The notes: generated from the letters alone by a model not told the origin. A stretch of 64,000 nucleotides of DNA from Candidatus Zixiibacteriota bacterium (GCA_030692925.1 JAUYBY010000023.1:22612-86611), one strand, 5' to 3'; positions 1 to 9,744 are shown, counted from the first letter of the stretch. Numbers and translations: made by a program.

Positions 1-408
1 GAGGGTTACTGCCCAACCCATCGCCGGATTTTACCTGAGGATATCCTGAAAAGGAAAGCCCTATATCCTAAAGCGGAGGTGATAGTCCATCCCGAATGTA
101 TTCCTGAGGTTATCGCTATGGCGGATAAGGTCCTCTCCACTACCGGCATCTGCAAATATGCTAAAGAATCCAACTCCGAGGAGTTCATAATAGGAACAGA
201 GATAGGGATTTTGCACAAGCTGAGAAAGGAAAATCCAGAGAAAAGATTTTACCCAGCCTCAGAATTAGCTGATTGCCCGAATATGAAGCTGAATAACCTG
301 GAGAAGATTTTATGGTCCCTGCAGGACTTAGTATATAAAGTAGAAGTTCCAGAAGAGATCGCGAGAAGGGCTAAAAGGTCGATCGACCGGATGTTAGAGA
401 TTGTTTAA
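1..408 (+). CDS. nadA: Quinolinate synthase NadA, C-terminal part (5' end lies outside the window)
   Basis: The frame is open from nt 1 (EGYCPTHRRILPED...VIVHPECIPEV...). The cysteine/histidine motifs and the VHPEC region are typical of NadA. ORF-track entry 79..408 is its internal-Met version. Confidence 0.75.
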   Translation, partial: EGYCPTHRRILPEDILKRKALYPKAEVIVHPECIPEVIAMADKVLSTTGICKYAKESNSEEFIIGTEIGILHKLRKENPEKRFYPASELADCPNMKLNNLEKILWSLQDLVYKVEVPEEIARRAKRSIDRMLEIV

Positions 409-592
409 ATAGAGGAAATAGGTTCCTGAAGAATTGAAAAGGATTGTCGGGCAGGGGTGCCCGACCTACGAGAGAATAGCACCTTTTATCACGTAGGCGG
501 GGCTCCCAGCCCCGTGAAACAAGTCTTTCTGAGTTTTGCTAAAACCTTTCAAAAGAGAGTGGAGTTAGTCTCCACCTTTTTAGTTTTAGGAT

Positions 593-1435
593 TTGACTAT
601 GCCAGAACTGCCTGAAGTTGAAACGGTTGTCCGCGGGTTAAGGAAAACGGTTTTAGGCAAAAAAATTAAAAGCCTGAAAATTTATCCTTCCAGAGTTCTG
701 CACAGTTCCCCCGCATTCTTAAAGAAGAATTTGATCCACCAAAGGATTCAAGAGATAAGCCGAAGGGGAAAAAATATAATCATCAAATTGTCCAGTGGTG
801 ATCTACTGGTGATTCACTTAGGCATGACCGGAAATCTGTTTTATCTGAATAGACCGGCTTTTATGGGCAAGCATGACCATATAGACTTGGAATTCTCTGA
901 CAGAACTTACCTGAGATATAGCGATATCAGAAAATTCGGCAAATTCAAGCTGGTAAAGTCGTCTCAATCTGCCAAGGAGGAGGTTCTAAAAAAGTTAGGA
1001 CCAGAACCATTAGAGATATCCAGAGATGATTTTGTCCAGCTTTTGCAGAAAAAAAAGGGAAGGATTAAATCGGTTCTTTTGAATCAGTCTATTATCGCCG
1101 GGATTGGAAATATCTATGCGGACGAGGCTTTGTTCGAGGCTAAGATCCATCCTCTGCAGAAGGTGTCTGATATCAGTCGGAATGGGTTAATAAAACTACA
1201 TCAGGCGATTCAGAAGATCTTAAGAAAAGCTATAAAAGCTGGCGGTTCCTCAGTTGACAACTATCGAGATGTGAACGGGGAAAGCGGGTTTTTCCAATTC
1301 TATCACAAGGTCTACGGCAGAGAAGGAGAACCCTGTAAAAGATGCGGCACCAAAATCAAAAGGATAATCATAAACCAGCGCTCAACTCATTTTTGTCCCC
1401 AATGTCAGAAAAAAAGTAGGGGTTCCAAAATTTGA
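593..1435 (+). CDS. mutM: Formamidopyrimidine-DNA glycosylase (Fpg/MutM)
   Basis: N-terminal PELPEVE catalytic motif, H2TH region and C-terminal CxxC...CxxC zinc finger; about 280 aa. Confidence 0.9.
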   Translation: MTMPELPEVETVVRGLRKTVLGKKIKSLKIYPSRVLHSSPAFLKKNLIHQRIQEISRRGKNIIIKLSSGDLLVIHLGMTGNLFYLNRPAFMGKHDHIDLEFSDRTYLRYSDIRKFGKFKLVKSSQSAKEEVLKKLGPEPLEISRDDFVQLLQKKKGRIKSVLLNQSIIAGIGNIYADEALFEAKIHPLQKVSDISRNGLIKLHQAIQKILRKAIKAGGSSVDNYRDVNGESGFFQFYHKVYGREGEPCKRCGTKIKRIIINQRSTHFCPQCQKKSRGSKI

Positions 1436-1586
1436 GCCCCTACCTATGTCCAAATAAAAAAGGAGTACAAAAATAAATGGAGGTCTAAAGACCTCCGCTG
1501 CAAAAATAAAAACAAAATAGACCCGGGTTGTGGTTCTTCCTGAATGACAACCTGGGTCTATTAACTATTAAGCTCTTAAAAACTTC

Positions 1587-2354
1587 TTACACCTCTTCTT
1601 TCTCCAAAAAGAGGTTCCTCATCAGCTCGTCGATCTTCTCGATGCGGAAGGGCTTGGATAAATATCCGTCCGCGCCCTCGTTTAAGGCTTTGTCCTCCGG
1701 GTAGGCGTTGGAGTATCCGGTGATCATTATCACCGGAGTTTTAAGGTTCTTCTCCTTAATCCTCTTTATCAGGGTTATCCCATCCATATGGGGCATCTTG
1801 ATATCGGTGATGATCAGATCAAAAGGCTGCTCCTGCAAAATCTGCCAGGCTTTTTCACCATCCTCAGCCGCAAAAGGAAGATAATCCAGAGAGGAAAGGG
1901 TGTCGATGAGCATATTCCTCAGAATCTCGTCATCATCTATCACCAGGATCCTTTTAAGAGCAGACCTTTTTTCAGGCTCCGGTCTTTTGTGTCCCATAAG
2001 ATTCTGGATTGCCTCCTCGATCTTTCCAATGCGGAAGGGCTTTGCCAGAAAGCCGTCTGCTCCTTTCTGCAGCGCCTGTTCCATAGTGTAATTGAAATTG
2101 TAGCCGGTAATAAGCAGGACTGGCAGGGATGGGTTTTTTGCCTTAATCGATTCCAGAAGAGAAAAGCCGTTCATCCTGGGAAGCTTGATGTCAGCTATTA
2201 CCAGATCCATCTTCTGCTGGTCTAAAAGGGTCAAAGCCTCTTCTCCGTCCTTGGCTCCGAAGGTGTTGTAACCCAGGGCGGATAAAGTGTCGATCATCAG
2301 CTGACGAACCTTCTCCTCGTCATCCACGATCAAAACCTTCGTCCCTTGTTTCAT
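1587..2354 (-). CDS. Response regulator with two tandem receiver (REC) domains and no output domain
   Basis: Two repeats of LIVDD...D...MP..GF/DG...K....P..ITGY, the CheY-like receiver signature. Confidence 0.8.
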   Translation of the reverse strand: MKQGTKVLIVDDEEKVRQLMIDTLSALGYNTFGAKDGEEALTLLDQQKMDLVIADIKLPRMNGFSLLESIKAKNPSLPVLLITGYNFNYTMEQALQKGADGFLAKPFRIGKIEEAIQNLMGHKRPEPEKRSALKRILVIDDDEILRNMLIDTLSSLDYLPFAAEDGEKAWQILQEQPFDLIITDIKMPHMDGITLIKRIKEKNLKTPVIMITGYSNAYPEDKALNEGADGYLSKPFRIEKIDELMRNLFLEKEEV

Positions 2355-2448
2355 ATGGACCTCGAGTTTGTGGGTGTGAACTTAAGTCTCCATATCTTTT
2401 TATCGTATTTTTTTGAGATTACTTGAGGAGATACAGAAAAAAACTGAT

Positions 2449-2503
2449 TGTGGTTGCCCAATTTATTGGGCTTATTTTAAGCTCGATAAATCGAGCAACT
2501 ACA
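2449..2503. repeat. REP-like palindromic doublet (TGTGGTTG-CCCAATttATTGGG ... GCTCGATaaATCGAGC-AACTACA)
   Basis: Same unit family as at 15412-15466, 15653-15706, 25805-25945 and 26385-26520; conserved GTAG/CTAC ends. Confidence 0.7.
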
Positions 2504-2655
2504 GGCAGCCTCCAATTTCACGGGCTTCCAAAAAATGCAAAGGAAAAGTCGGGCAGGGTGCCTGACCTATGAAGAGTCATTATTTCACATCAGAGATACT
2601 ATTTGGAGCTATGGGGAACTGACACCTCGTCCTCACAGGAGTGAGGACGCTACAA

Positions 2656-4032
2656 TCATCTGGAACGGATAAGGTTCAAAACCTCAGATTTCTTTTGCTC
2701 TAATAACTCTTTTGTATTTGCCTCTAAGTTAAGTCTAAGCAGAGGCTCGGTGTTGGAGGGCCTTAGGTTGAACCACCAGTCAGGATATTCTATGGTTATA
2801 CCGTCCAGGTGGTCGATTTTAGCGTTCTTATACTGGGATTCGATTGCCTCGAGCTTCTTCGGGACATTTTCTACCCGGGAGTTTATCTCTCCAGTCCTGA
2901 AATAATGATCGATAGAACTTACCAGTTGAGAAAGCGGCTTATCCTCTTCGGAGAGAAGCTCTAAACAGACCGAAAGGGCGATCATTCCGGAATCAGCAAA
3001 ATAGTTTTTACGGAAATAGAAATGGCCAGAATGTTCGCCGCCGAAAGTTGCATTATATTTTTTCATCAGGGGTTTGATGAGTGCGTGTCCCACTGGCGTG
3101 CGGATGGGTATCCCTCCGTTTTGCTGAATGACCTCACGAACAGTCCTGGAACAGGGAACATTGTATAATATGGTTGCGCCTTTTTCCTTTTGAAGAAGCC
3201 TCTTAGCCACCAGGGCAGCAACCATATCTCCACCCAGGGTTACTCCCTTCTCGTCTACCAAAAACATCCGGTCCGCATCACCATCAAAAGCAACACCGAA
3301 ATCCGCTTTCTCCTCTAAAATCTTTTTCCTCAAAGGGACCATATTCTCCGGAATCATAGGATTGGGCACGTGGTTAGGGAAAGAGCCGTCCAGTTCAAAG
3401 AACATCGGAATCAGCTTGCAGGGAAGATGGGAGAAAAAATCAGGCAGGACCTTTCCGGCGATTCCGTTCCCGGCATCGGCTACTATTTTAAAGGGCTTGA
3501 TTTTCTGCGGTTCGATAAAAGATAAAAGGTGCTGTATGTAATCGGGCTGGATATCCTGATTTCTGACCTCACCTTTTTTCTCCGGGTTTGAAAAATCTCT
3601 TTTAAGTATGATTTCCTTGATCTGCTCAATCCCCTCTTTGCCACTTAAAGGGACAGCCTCCTCCTTGCACATCTTTATCCCGTTATATTCCGGCGGATTG
3701 TGCGAGGCGGTAATCATTGCTCCGAAATCGTATCCGAATCTGCCAACCGTAAAGTACAGAGCATCAGAAGTGCACAAGCCTATATCTATCGCATCTGCGC
3801 CTGCCTCGGTAATCCCGCGGGCAAGGCTTTTGAACAAGGCATTTGAGGAGAGCCGCATATCCCGACCTATGACCACCATTCTGGGATTAAGATATCGAAC
3901 AAACGCCTTGCCTATAAGGTAAGCCACATCGTTGTTCAGTTCATTAGGATATATACCCCTTATATCGTAAGCCTTAAAGATTGAGAGGTTTATTTTGAAG
4001 TTTTCTTTTTCCATTATCTGCTCCAGTTTCAA
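2656..4032 (-). CDS. Phosphomannomutase/phosphoglucomutase (AlgC/ManB-like, alpha-D-phosphohexomutase)
   Basis: FKAYDIRG N-terminus, TASHNPPEYNGIK active-site serine loop and four-domain length. Confidence 0.85.
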   Translation of the reverse strand: MKLEQIMEKENFKINLSIFKAYDIRGIYPNELNNDVAYLIGKAFVRYLNPRMVVIGRDMRLSSNALFKSLARGITEAGADAIDIGLCTSDALYFTVGRFGYDFGAMITASHNPPEYNGIKMCKEEAVPLSGKEGIEQIKEIILKRDFSNPEKKGEVRNQDIQPDYIQHLLSFIEPQKIKPFKIVADAGNGIAGKVLPDFFSHLPCKLIPMFFELDGSFPNHVPNPMIPENMVPLRKKILEEKADFGVAFDGDADRMFLVDEKGVTLGGDMVAALVAKRLLQKEKGATILYNVPCSRTVREVIQQNGGIPIRTPVGHALIKPLMKKYNATFGGEHSGHFYFRKNYFADSGMIALSVCLELLSEEDKPLSQLVSSIDHYFRTGEINSRVENVPKKLEAIESQYKNAKIDHLDGITIEYPDWWFNLRPSNTEPLLRLNLEANTKELLEQKKSEVLNLIRSR

Positions 4033-4207
4033 ACAACTATAAGGAAAAAAGTCGCCCTTGTCAAATCTTTCTTTTTAATAGTCTTTGGAGTGCATCCTTT
4101 GGCGGAATGCACTCCAAAAAGCCGTAGCGTTGCCAATCTTTTGGCAAGGTAAAGAGGTATCCATCCGGTCCGGAGACGAAAAAAAGTCTTTTCTCAAGAT
4201 TTTTTGC

Positions 4208-4254
4208 TTGACAAATCCTTGTTCTGCCGATAAAATATGTGAAAGTATTCACAA
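4208..4254 (+). promoter_or_regulatory. Sigma70-like promoter (TTGACA-17-TAAAAT) followed directly by a Rex operator (ATGTGAAAGTATTCACAA)
   Basis: TTGACA at 4208-4213, 17-nt spacer, TAAAAT at 4231-4236. An 18-bp inverted repeat TGTGAA-N6-TTCACA at 4237-4254 matches the Rex box consensus TTGTGAAnnnnTTCACAA. The rex ATG lies 5 nt downstream. Confidence 0.7.
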
Positions 4255-4258
4255 CGCT

Positions 4259-4897
4259 ATGCGAAAAATCTCGGAATCCACAATCCACAGGCTGTCGCTT
4301 TATTACCGCACTCTGGTTAGTCTACAGAGAGAAAGGTATATCACCGTTTCCTCCAGAGAGCTGGCTAAAAGGGATAAGCTCACCCCAGCCCAGGTGAGGA
4401 AAGACCTCTCCTTTTTCGGGAGCTTTGGCACAAGGGGATTAGGATACCCGGTGAACGAGCTTAAAGATAAGATCGCCTCTATTCTGGGATTGAACCGGAC
4501 CTGGAATGTGGCTCTGGTGGGGGTGGGAAACGTGGGTTCAGCTTTGGTCTCCTACAAGGAATTTCCCAGGCAGGGGTTTGTCATAAAGAAAATATTCGAC
4601 AACGACCAGAGGAAAATCGGAAAAAACCACAAGGGGATCCTGGTCTCAGACGTAAGGAATCTGGCTAAAGAACTGAAGGAGGACAGAATTGAGATCGTGG
4701 TCCTGGCTGTTCCGGCTTCTGCCGCCCAGAGCGTGGTGGATGAGGTAGTATCAGCCGGAGTTCATACTATTCTTAACTTCGCTCCGACCAACCTCAAGGT
4801 CCCGGACAACGTAGTTCTGCGCACGGTCAATATGGCAATGGAGTTAGAGCATCTCTCCTTTGCCCTTTCCAACCGGGGGAAAATAAAAGAGCTATAA
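4259..4897 (+). CDS. rex: Redox-sensing transcriptional repressor Rex
   Basis: N-terminal winged-helix region (TIHRLSLYYRTL...) and a CoA-binding/Rossmann domain (ALVGVGNVGSAL...). Start placed at the internal Met because ORF-track start 4085 overlaps the gene's own promoter and operator. Confidence 0.85.
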   Translation: MRKISESTIHRLSLYYRTLVSLQRERYITVSSRELAKRDKLTPAQVRKDLSFFGSFGTRGLGYPVNELKDKIASILGLNRTWNVALVGVGNVGSALVSYKEFPRQGFVIKKIFDNDQRKIGKNHKGILVSDVRNLAKELKEDRIEIVVLAVPASAAQSVVDEVVSAGVHTILNFAPTNLKVPDNVVLRTVNMAMELEHLSFALSNRGKIKEL

Positions 4898-6121
4898 CTT
4901 CTTTATCCCCGGTATCAAAAACCCGGTTAATCCACCCAGGGCAACTAAAACTCCACTTAAGAATACAATCATCTGGACGTGTAAAAGCCCTCCCATAACT
5001 CCTACCAAAGCTAAAGAGATCGGTCTTAAGCCTCCGCTAATTGTTCCAAGAGTGCCGAAGACCCGGCCTTGTTTCTCGTGTGGTATTTTGGACTGAAACA
5101 CGACCGGGACTAAGATGTTGGCAAAGGAGAACCCAAACCCGCACCCGCCCAGAAGAAAGATCGAGGTCCAGAAGGATTCCGAGACCCCGAACAGGGCTAA
5201 AAAGGACCCAGCTACAACTATTCCTATCATTATAAAGGTTCCTTTTCTTCTAACTCCGCCAATCATCCCGAGGAAAAGGCTGCCCAGAACCATTCCTACA
5301 GAGATGCTTGAGCCAAGCACCCCGAATCCCTCTGCTCCCATCTTCAATATCTTCTTAACCATCAACGGGATTAAAACCCCTACCGGAGCCACGAAGAAAT
5401 TCAGCACGGAGAATAAAACCACAAGCCCCAGTATCCCTGACTCTTTACGGATGAAATTCAGACCATCCATAAGCTCCTGCAGGAATCTTTTTCTTTCCTC
5501 TGAAGGAAAAACCTGCTCAACTTTGACTCTCACCAGGAATATGGCGATAACCGAGACGAAAAAGCTTAAAGCGTCCAAAATCATTACTGTTCCAGTTCCA
5601 AATAAGGCTACCAGTGCTCCCCCTAAAGCGGGCCCGATAATCCCGCTCAAGTTACTGCTCATCTGAGAGATCGAATTAGCCCGGACTAACTGCTCCTTAT
5701 TTACTATCACCGGTAGGAATGAGGCTAAGGCGGGGTTAAAGAAGGTTGACATAGATGAAAGGAAGGCTGCGATTACAAATATGTGCCAGACCTGAAGTTG
5801 ATTCAAAAAGTAAAGCACTCCAGGTACAGTGATCAGCACCCCACGCCCCAGGTCCATCAGGATCAAAAGCCTCCTTTTATCCACCCGGTCAACGTATGTT
5901 CCAGCAAAAGGTCCCAGGATGATGGCAGGCAGGGAAGAGCAGATAGCCACAGTAGCCATAGCGGCAGTGGAGCCGGTTTTTTCCAGGACCCACCACATCA
6001 GGGCTATTATATACAAGAAATCGCCGACCACTGAGATAGTCTGGCCTATCCAGATTGAAAAGAAATTCAGATTCCGAAAAATCGAACCATAGCCCCGGTT
6101 TTTTTCCTGCAAACTTTCCAT
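4892..6121 (-). CDS. MFS transporter (EntS/macrolide-efflux-like)
   Basis: About 12 predicted TM helices, G-rich MFS motifs, 409 aa. Confidence 0.75.
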   Translation of the reverse strand: MESLQEKNRGYGSIFRNLNFFSIWIGQTISVVGDFLYIIALMWWVLEKTGSTAAMATVAICSSLPAIILGPFAGTYVDRVDKRRLLILMDLGRGVLITVPGVLYFLNQLQVWHIFVIAAFLSSMSTFFNPALASFLPVIVNKEQLVRANSISQMSSNLSGIIGPALGGALVALFGTGTVMILDALSFFVSVIAIFLVRVKVEQVFPSEERKRFLQELMDGLNFIRKESGILGLVVLFSVLNFFVAPVGVLIPLMVKKILKMGAEGFGVLGSSISVGMVLGSLFLGMIGGVRRKGTFIMIGIVVAGSFLALFGVSESFWTSIFLLGGCGFGFSFANILVPVVFQSKIPHEKQGRVFGTLGTISGGLRPISLALVGVMGGLLHVQMIVFLSGVLVALGGLTGFLIPGIKKL

Positions 6122-7219
6122 TTATCTATTATCAATTCTCAGTTTAAAAATATTTTCTCCGGTTTTCAAATCGAAGAATAAAGCTTTATCCAAATTGAAA
6201 GATAATTCTGAGAAAATCCCGAGATGAAGGTTTTCATAAAATCTTTCCCTGGTCACTAATTTCTGGTCTCCGGCTTTAAAATAAAGGAAAGCCTCAGCGC
6301 CGACAGGCTCGATCTGCTCTAACTCAAATTTCAGATTCTGGCTTTTTCCAGCAATCCGGACATCTTCAGGTCTTATTCCCAGGCAGATTTCCCTGCCGGC
6401 GTACGCTTTCAAATCCTCCTCAAATTTCCCAGGGAGAGAGAGTCTACTCCTGTCCCCAAAGGTAAATTCCAAAGAAGAGGTTAGAATACCTTTAAGCAGA
6501 TTCATTGAAGGCGTTCCTATGAAGGAAGCAACAAAGATATTAGAAGGTGAACTGTACAACTCAAAAGGTGCTCCGATCTGCTGAATAGTGCCTTCCTTCA
6601 AAACCAGGCACCTATCACCCAGGGTCATAGCCTCTAACTGGTCATGGGTCACATATACGACAGAGGTCTTTAAGCTTTTGTGAAGTTTTAAAAGCTCCCC
6701 TCTCATCTGGACCCTGAGAAGAGCATCTAAATTGGACAAGGGTTCATCAAAAAGAAAAAGTTTTGGTTTTCTGACTATTGCCCTGCCTAAAGCCACCCTT
6801 TGTCTTTCCCCTCCAGAAAGAGCTTTGGGTTTTCTCCGAAGTAGCCCACCCAATCCCAGAATGTCGGCAGTCTCACAGACCCTTAGTCTGATTTCCTCTT
6901 TTGAATATCCTCTGAGTTTCAAGGGAAAAGCAAGGTTCTCAAAAACTGTGAAATGAGGGTACAGGGCATAGTTCTGGAAAACCATAGCCACATCCCTTTG
7001 TTTAGCTGGGAAGTGGTTGATCAGAATTCCATCTAAATAAATCTCTCCTGTGGAAACCTCCTCCAATCCTGCTATCATTCTCAAAATGGTGCTTTTGCCG
7101 CAGCCAGACGGACCTACCAGCACGAAAAACTCGCCTTCTTCCACCTCGAAGCTGATATCCTTCAAGACCTGATTTTTGTCAAAATACTTGTTTACTTTAC
7201 TGAGCTGGAGTTTAGCCAT
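6122..7219 (-). CDS. ABC transporter ATP-binding protein, MalK/UgpC family with C-terminal TOBE-like domain
   Basis: Walker A GPSGCGKST, signature LSGGERQRV, Walker B LFDEPLSNLD, about 120 aa C-terminal regulatory domain. No cognate permease in the window. Confidence 0.85.
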   Translation of the reverse strand: MAKLQLSKVNKYFDKNQVLKDISFEVEEGEFFVLVGPSGCGKSTILRMIAGLEEVSTGEIYLDGILINHFPAKQRDVAMVFQNYALYPHFTVFENLAFPLKLRGYSKEEIRLRVCETADILGLGGLLRRKPKALSGGERQRVALGRAIVRKPKLFLFDEPLSNLDALLRVQMRGELLKLHKSLKTSVVYVTHDQLEAMTLGDRCLVLKEGTIQQIGAPFELYSSPSNIFVASFIGTPSMNLLKGILTSSLEFTFGDRSRLSLPGKFEEDLKAYAGREICLGIRPEDVRIAGKSQNLKFELEQIEPVGAEAFLYFKAGDQKLVTRERFYENLHLGIFSELSFNLDKALFFDLKTGENIFKLRIDNR

Positions 7220-7368
7220 AGTTAAAAAGAATTTGATTTATTATATATTTTGATCTTCAGATTGGCAAGGTATTAAAAAGGATTTTCTTAAAAATTTAGT
7301 TATTTGACTTTTTCTTCATCTTGTATCTGAAATTACATTTTTTTCTATGGAAAAGTTCTAAGATTTGC

Positions 7369-7397
7369 TTGACAAGTGATTTGGAAGCCTTATAATG
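7369..7397 (+). promoter_or_regulatory. Consensus sigma70 promoter TTGACA-17-TATAAT
   Basis: TTGACA at 7369-7374 and TATAAT at 7392-7397, upstream of the 7434 CDS. Confidence 0.65.
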
Positions 7398-7433
7398 AAA
7401 TTGAAAAACTAAGGAAAAATCTCTTGGGTTTTT

Positions 7434-9185
7434 ATGAGTAATTTAAGGTCCTTGTCAAAAATTACCTTAATCCTATTGTTGTTAGGGTCTGGATGTGCCG
7501 TTAATCATTCCCTCTCTAAAAAGGGATTGACCCGAGAACAGAAAACCACCTTAAACTATCTAAAAAAAGCTGGTGCAACTAAGGCTGAATTGGATACTCT
7601 ATCTATTCTTTTAAAAGCTGATACTTCTCCAGCAAAAATTCAGAAAAAAATTGATCTTATTATCCGAAGAAGCCTATCCCGGCTTTCTTTAGAACAAAAA
7701 GCAGTTTATTATTCTCTAAGAGAAGAGGAGCGTCTGGAATATCTGGCGGCTCCTGATAAAGAGAGATGGATAAAAAAAAGAGAAGATAGGTCAGTTAAAA
7801 AACTGTGCAGCACCAGGGAAGGAAAAACCCAGTATTATGCACTAAAAAACCTTCTTTCAAAAGAGGATCTGAAGGATTTTGTCAAAAAGGATTCTACTGA
7901 GAGGGTCGAGTGGCTCAAGAGCTTCTGGGCTAAAAGTGACCCTACTCCTACTACAGAAAGAAATGAATGGGAGGAGGAGTTTAACCGGAGAGTAAGGCAC
8001 GCTTTAGAAAATTTTCATTCTACTTTTGGACAAAAACCCTGGGATGATCGGGGCGATGTCTACATTAAACTGGGACCGCCGGATGAACGAAGATTATCAG
8101 TAGAAAATCCTTCGAAGTTTAGGATTGAGAGGATAGGAGATTCAGTCTATGATACCGAACGCGAGTATTATAAAACTGCAGGAGAGACCTGGTATTACGT
8201 AATAGAAGGAAAAGACGTTTACCTCCAATTTGAGGATCTCGTTGTCGGTTATTTAACCCTTGTCCCTTATAGGTCAGGAGACATTCGGGATCTTGATTAC
8301 ATGTCTAACTTTCTTGCTCAGAATGGCGAGCTGGGGTTAAGTAAAGCGGTATACCATCACGATTACGGTGGCGAGCCTTTAGATTTTGCCTGGGAGATTA
8401 TCAAATTCCGGAGTCTGAATAATGTTTATGAAGTCCTGGTCAATGTAGGAATACCGACTGGCAAGTTAGAAAAAGACTCATCGGGCCTGGTCCATTACAA
8501 CCAACAGATTGCTATTAGGGATGAAAAAGGCAAATTTATTTACTGTGATTCTGTCAGGGTCTGTCAAAGAGTGCCTGATTTTAAAAATCAACTTCTTATC
8601 GATCAGAGAGGATTTCTTTTAACCCCTGGGACATATAGCGTGGCTCTTGAGGTAAGAGATCCAGGAAGTAAAAGGATTGGCTTATATGAAGATGAACTTT
8701 TCTTGCCTGGTTATGTTTCCCCGGATTCATTGCATCAGCCAAACTTAGAGCTCAGCCGGGCTATTCTGGCATCGGAGGCAAAAGAAGCGCAACCAGATGA
8801 GGAGGAAAGTAAATTCTTTTTAAATGGATACCTGATTATTCCAAATCCAAGCCATATCTTTTTGGTGGAACAGGAGCCAAAAATTAAAGCCTATTTTGAA
8901 ATCTACAATCTTTTACCTAAAGATGATTCATTAAGGTTCGCAACCATTTCCCAGATAATAAAATATGTCAGTAAAGATTCAGCAGTGGTAAGTTCTGATA
9001 CAACAGTAACAATCCATCCAGGATTTGTTCCAGGAACTGTTGCCTATCAGATTATACCCTTAATAAATTCTCCCGGGCTTTATCTGGAACCAGGTGATTA
9101 CCTCTGGAGAATCGATGTAATTGACCTTAATCTTCCCAATAAGATTGAAAGCATAGTCAACAAATTGAAAATCGTGAAAGATTAA
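7434..9185 (+). CDS. GWxTD-domain lipoprotein
   Basis: Signal peptide with lipobox LLGSGC. The motif KPWDDRGDVYIKLGPPDE matches the GWxTD-domain signature (GWxTDRG..yI.yGpPD). Confidence 0.6.
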   Translation: MSNLRSLSKITLILLLLGSGCAVNHSLSKKGLTREQKTTLNYLKKAGATKAELDTLSILLKADTSPAKIQKKIDLIIRRSLSRLSLEQKAVYYSLREEERLEYLAAPDKERWIKKREDRSVKKLCSTREGKTQYYALKNLLSKEDLKDFVKKDSTERVEWLKSFWAKSDPTPTTERNEWEEEFNRRVRHALENFHSTFGQKPWDDRGDVYIKLGPPDERRLSVENPSKFRIERIGDSVYDTEREYYKTAGETWYYVIEGKDVYLQFEDLVVGYLTLVPYRSGDIRDLDYMSNFLAQNGELGLSKAVYHHDYGGEPLDFAWEIIKFRSLNNVYEVLVNVGIPTGKLEKDSSGLVHYNQQIAIRDEKGKFIYCDSVRVCQRVPDFKNQLLIDQRGFLLTPGTYSVALEVRDPGSKRIGLYEDELFLPGYVSPDSLHQPNLELSRAILASEAKEAQPDEEESKFFLNGYLIIPNPSHIFLVEQEPKIKAYFEIYNLLPKDDSLRFATISQIIKYVSKDSAVVSSDTTVTIHPGFVPGTVAYQIIPLINSPGLYLEPGDYLWRIDVIDLNLPNKIESIVNKLKIVKD

Positions 9186-9355
9186 ACAGGTGGATTTGAG
9201 GCATTTTCTAACTTTTGTCCAAATTCTACCGGATTTATCCAATAAAACAAAATGTTCATTTTTCTATATCTTGTATCCGAAACAGAATATTTTACAATAT
9301 ATTGAGGCAGGGGTCATATTTTTTAAAAAAATTTTAAGGGGTTTCAAGATTTTGC

Positions 9356-9383
9356 TTGACAAGAGATTATGCAGGGTTAGATT
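9356..9383 (+). promoter_or_regulatory. Putative promoter (TTGACA-16/17-TAGATT) for the small ORF below
   Basis: The box gATTTtGCTTGACAAG is also found at the 7369 promoter. A leader of about 185 nt would follow. Confidence 0.35.
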
Positions 9384-9574
9384 AATAGTTGAGGAGAGGG
9401 ATGTAATTAGCTGGGTAATTTAGTATTAGAATTACTCCTCACAAGCACTTGCTTTTTGAAAAGGGATATTTGAAGGTAAGATAAGTTTAGCAGATTAATT
9501 GATGTTTTGAAAAGGCGCAGGAATTTTTTTATCTGTGAATGTTCATTTTTTGAACATAAGGAGGAGGTGATTCT

Positions 9575-9655
9575 ATGGAGCTGAAAGAATTAATCCTGGA
9601 GGTGGAGGAGTTAGAGGAGAAGATTGCTCCTTTAGCATCTAACGACGGACAGTAG
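9575..9655 (+). CDS. Candidate small protein, 26 aa (MELKELILEVEELEEKIAPLASNDGQ)
   Basis: Strong SD AGGAGGAGGTGA 5 nt before ATG. A perfect inverted repeat ATGTTCA-N5-TGAACAT sits just upstream of the SD, and an intrinsic terminator lies downstream. Absent from the ORF track because it is under 60 aa. Confidence 0.3.
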   Translation: MELKELILEVEELEEKIAPLASNDGQ

Positions 9656-9706
9656 TAACCTGTTTTAGTTATTTCCTTAAAACGACAAGTAGCACCTCCT
9701 ATAGGA

Positions 9707-9740
9707 AGACCACCCTGCTCCTGGGTGGTCTTTTCTTTTT
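9707..9740 (+). terminator. Intrinsic terminator (AGACCACCC-tgctcct-GGGTGGTCT + T-run)
   Basis: 9-bp GC stem followed by TTTTCTTTTTCTTTC. Confidence 0.6.
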
Positions 9741-9744
9741 CTTT

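Noticed and set aside
1788-2225. ORFs 1788..2225 (+) and 1900..2091 (+) inside the tandem-receiver response-regulator gene; likewise 5041..5666 (+) and 5783..6092 (+) inside the MFS gene; 10277..12753 (+) ORFs inside the kinase gene; 38832..41616 (-) ORFs inside mfd
   Set aside because: Antisense shadow ORFs within well-supported genes, with no domain similarity or expression signals.
4085-4258. N-terminal 58-aa extension of the rex ORF as drawn in the ORF track
   Set aside because: The extension overlaps rex's own TTGACA-17-TAAAAT promoter and Rex box. It has no similarity to Rex N-termini, and the start at the internal Met gives a canonical 212-aa Rex.
9190-9423. ORF 9190..9423 (+), 77 aa, and ORF 9060..9242 (-)
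   Set aside because: They overlap the promoter and leader region of the small-ORF locus. There is no SD, and the composition is biased. They are probably non-coding.
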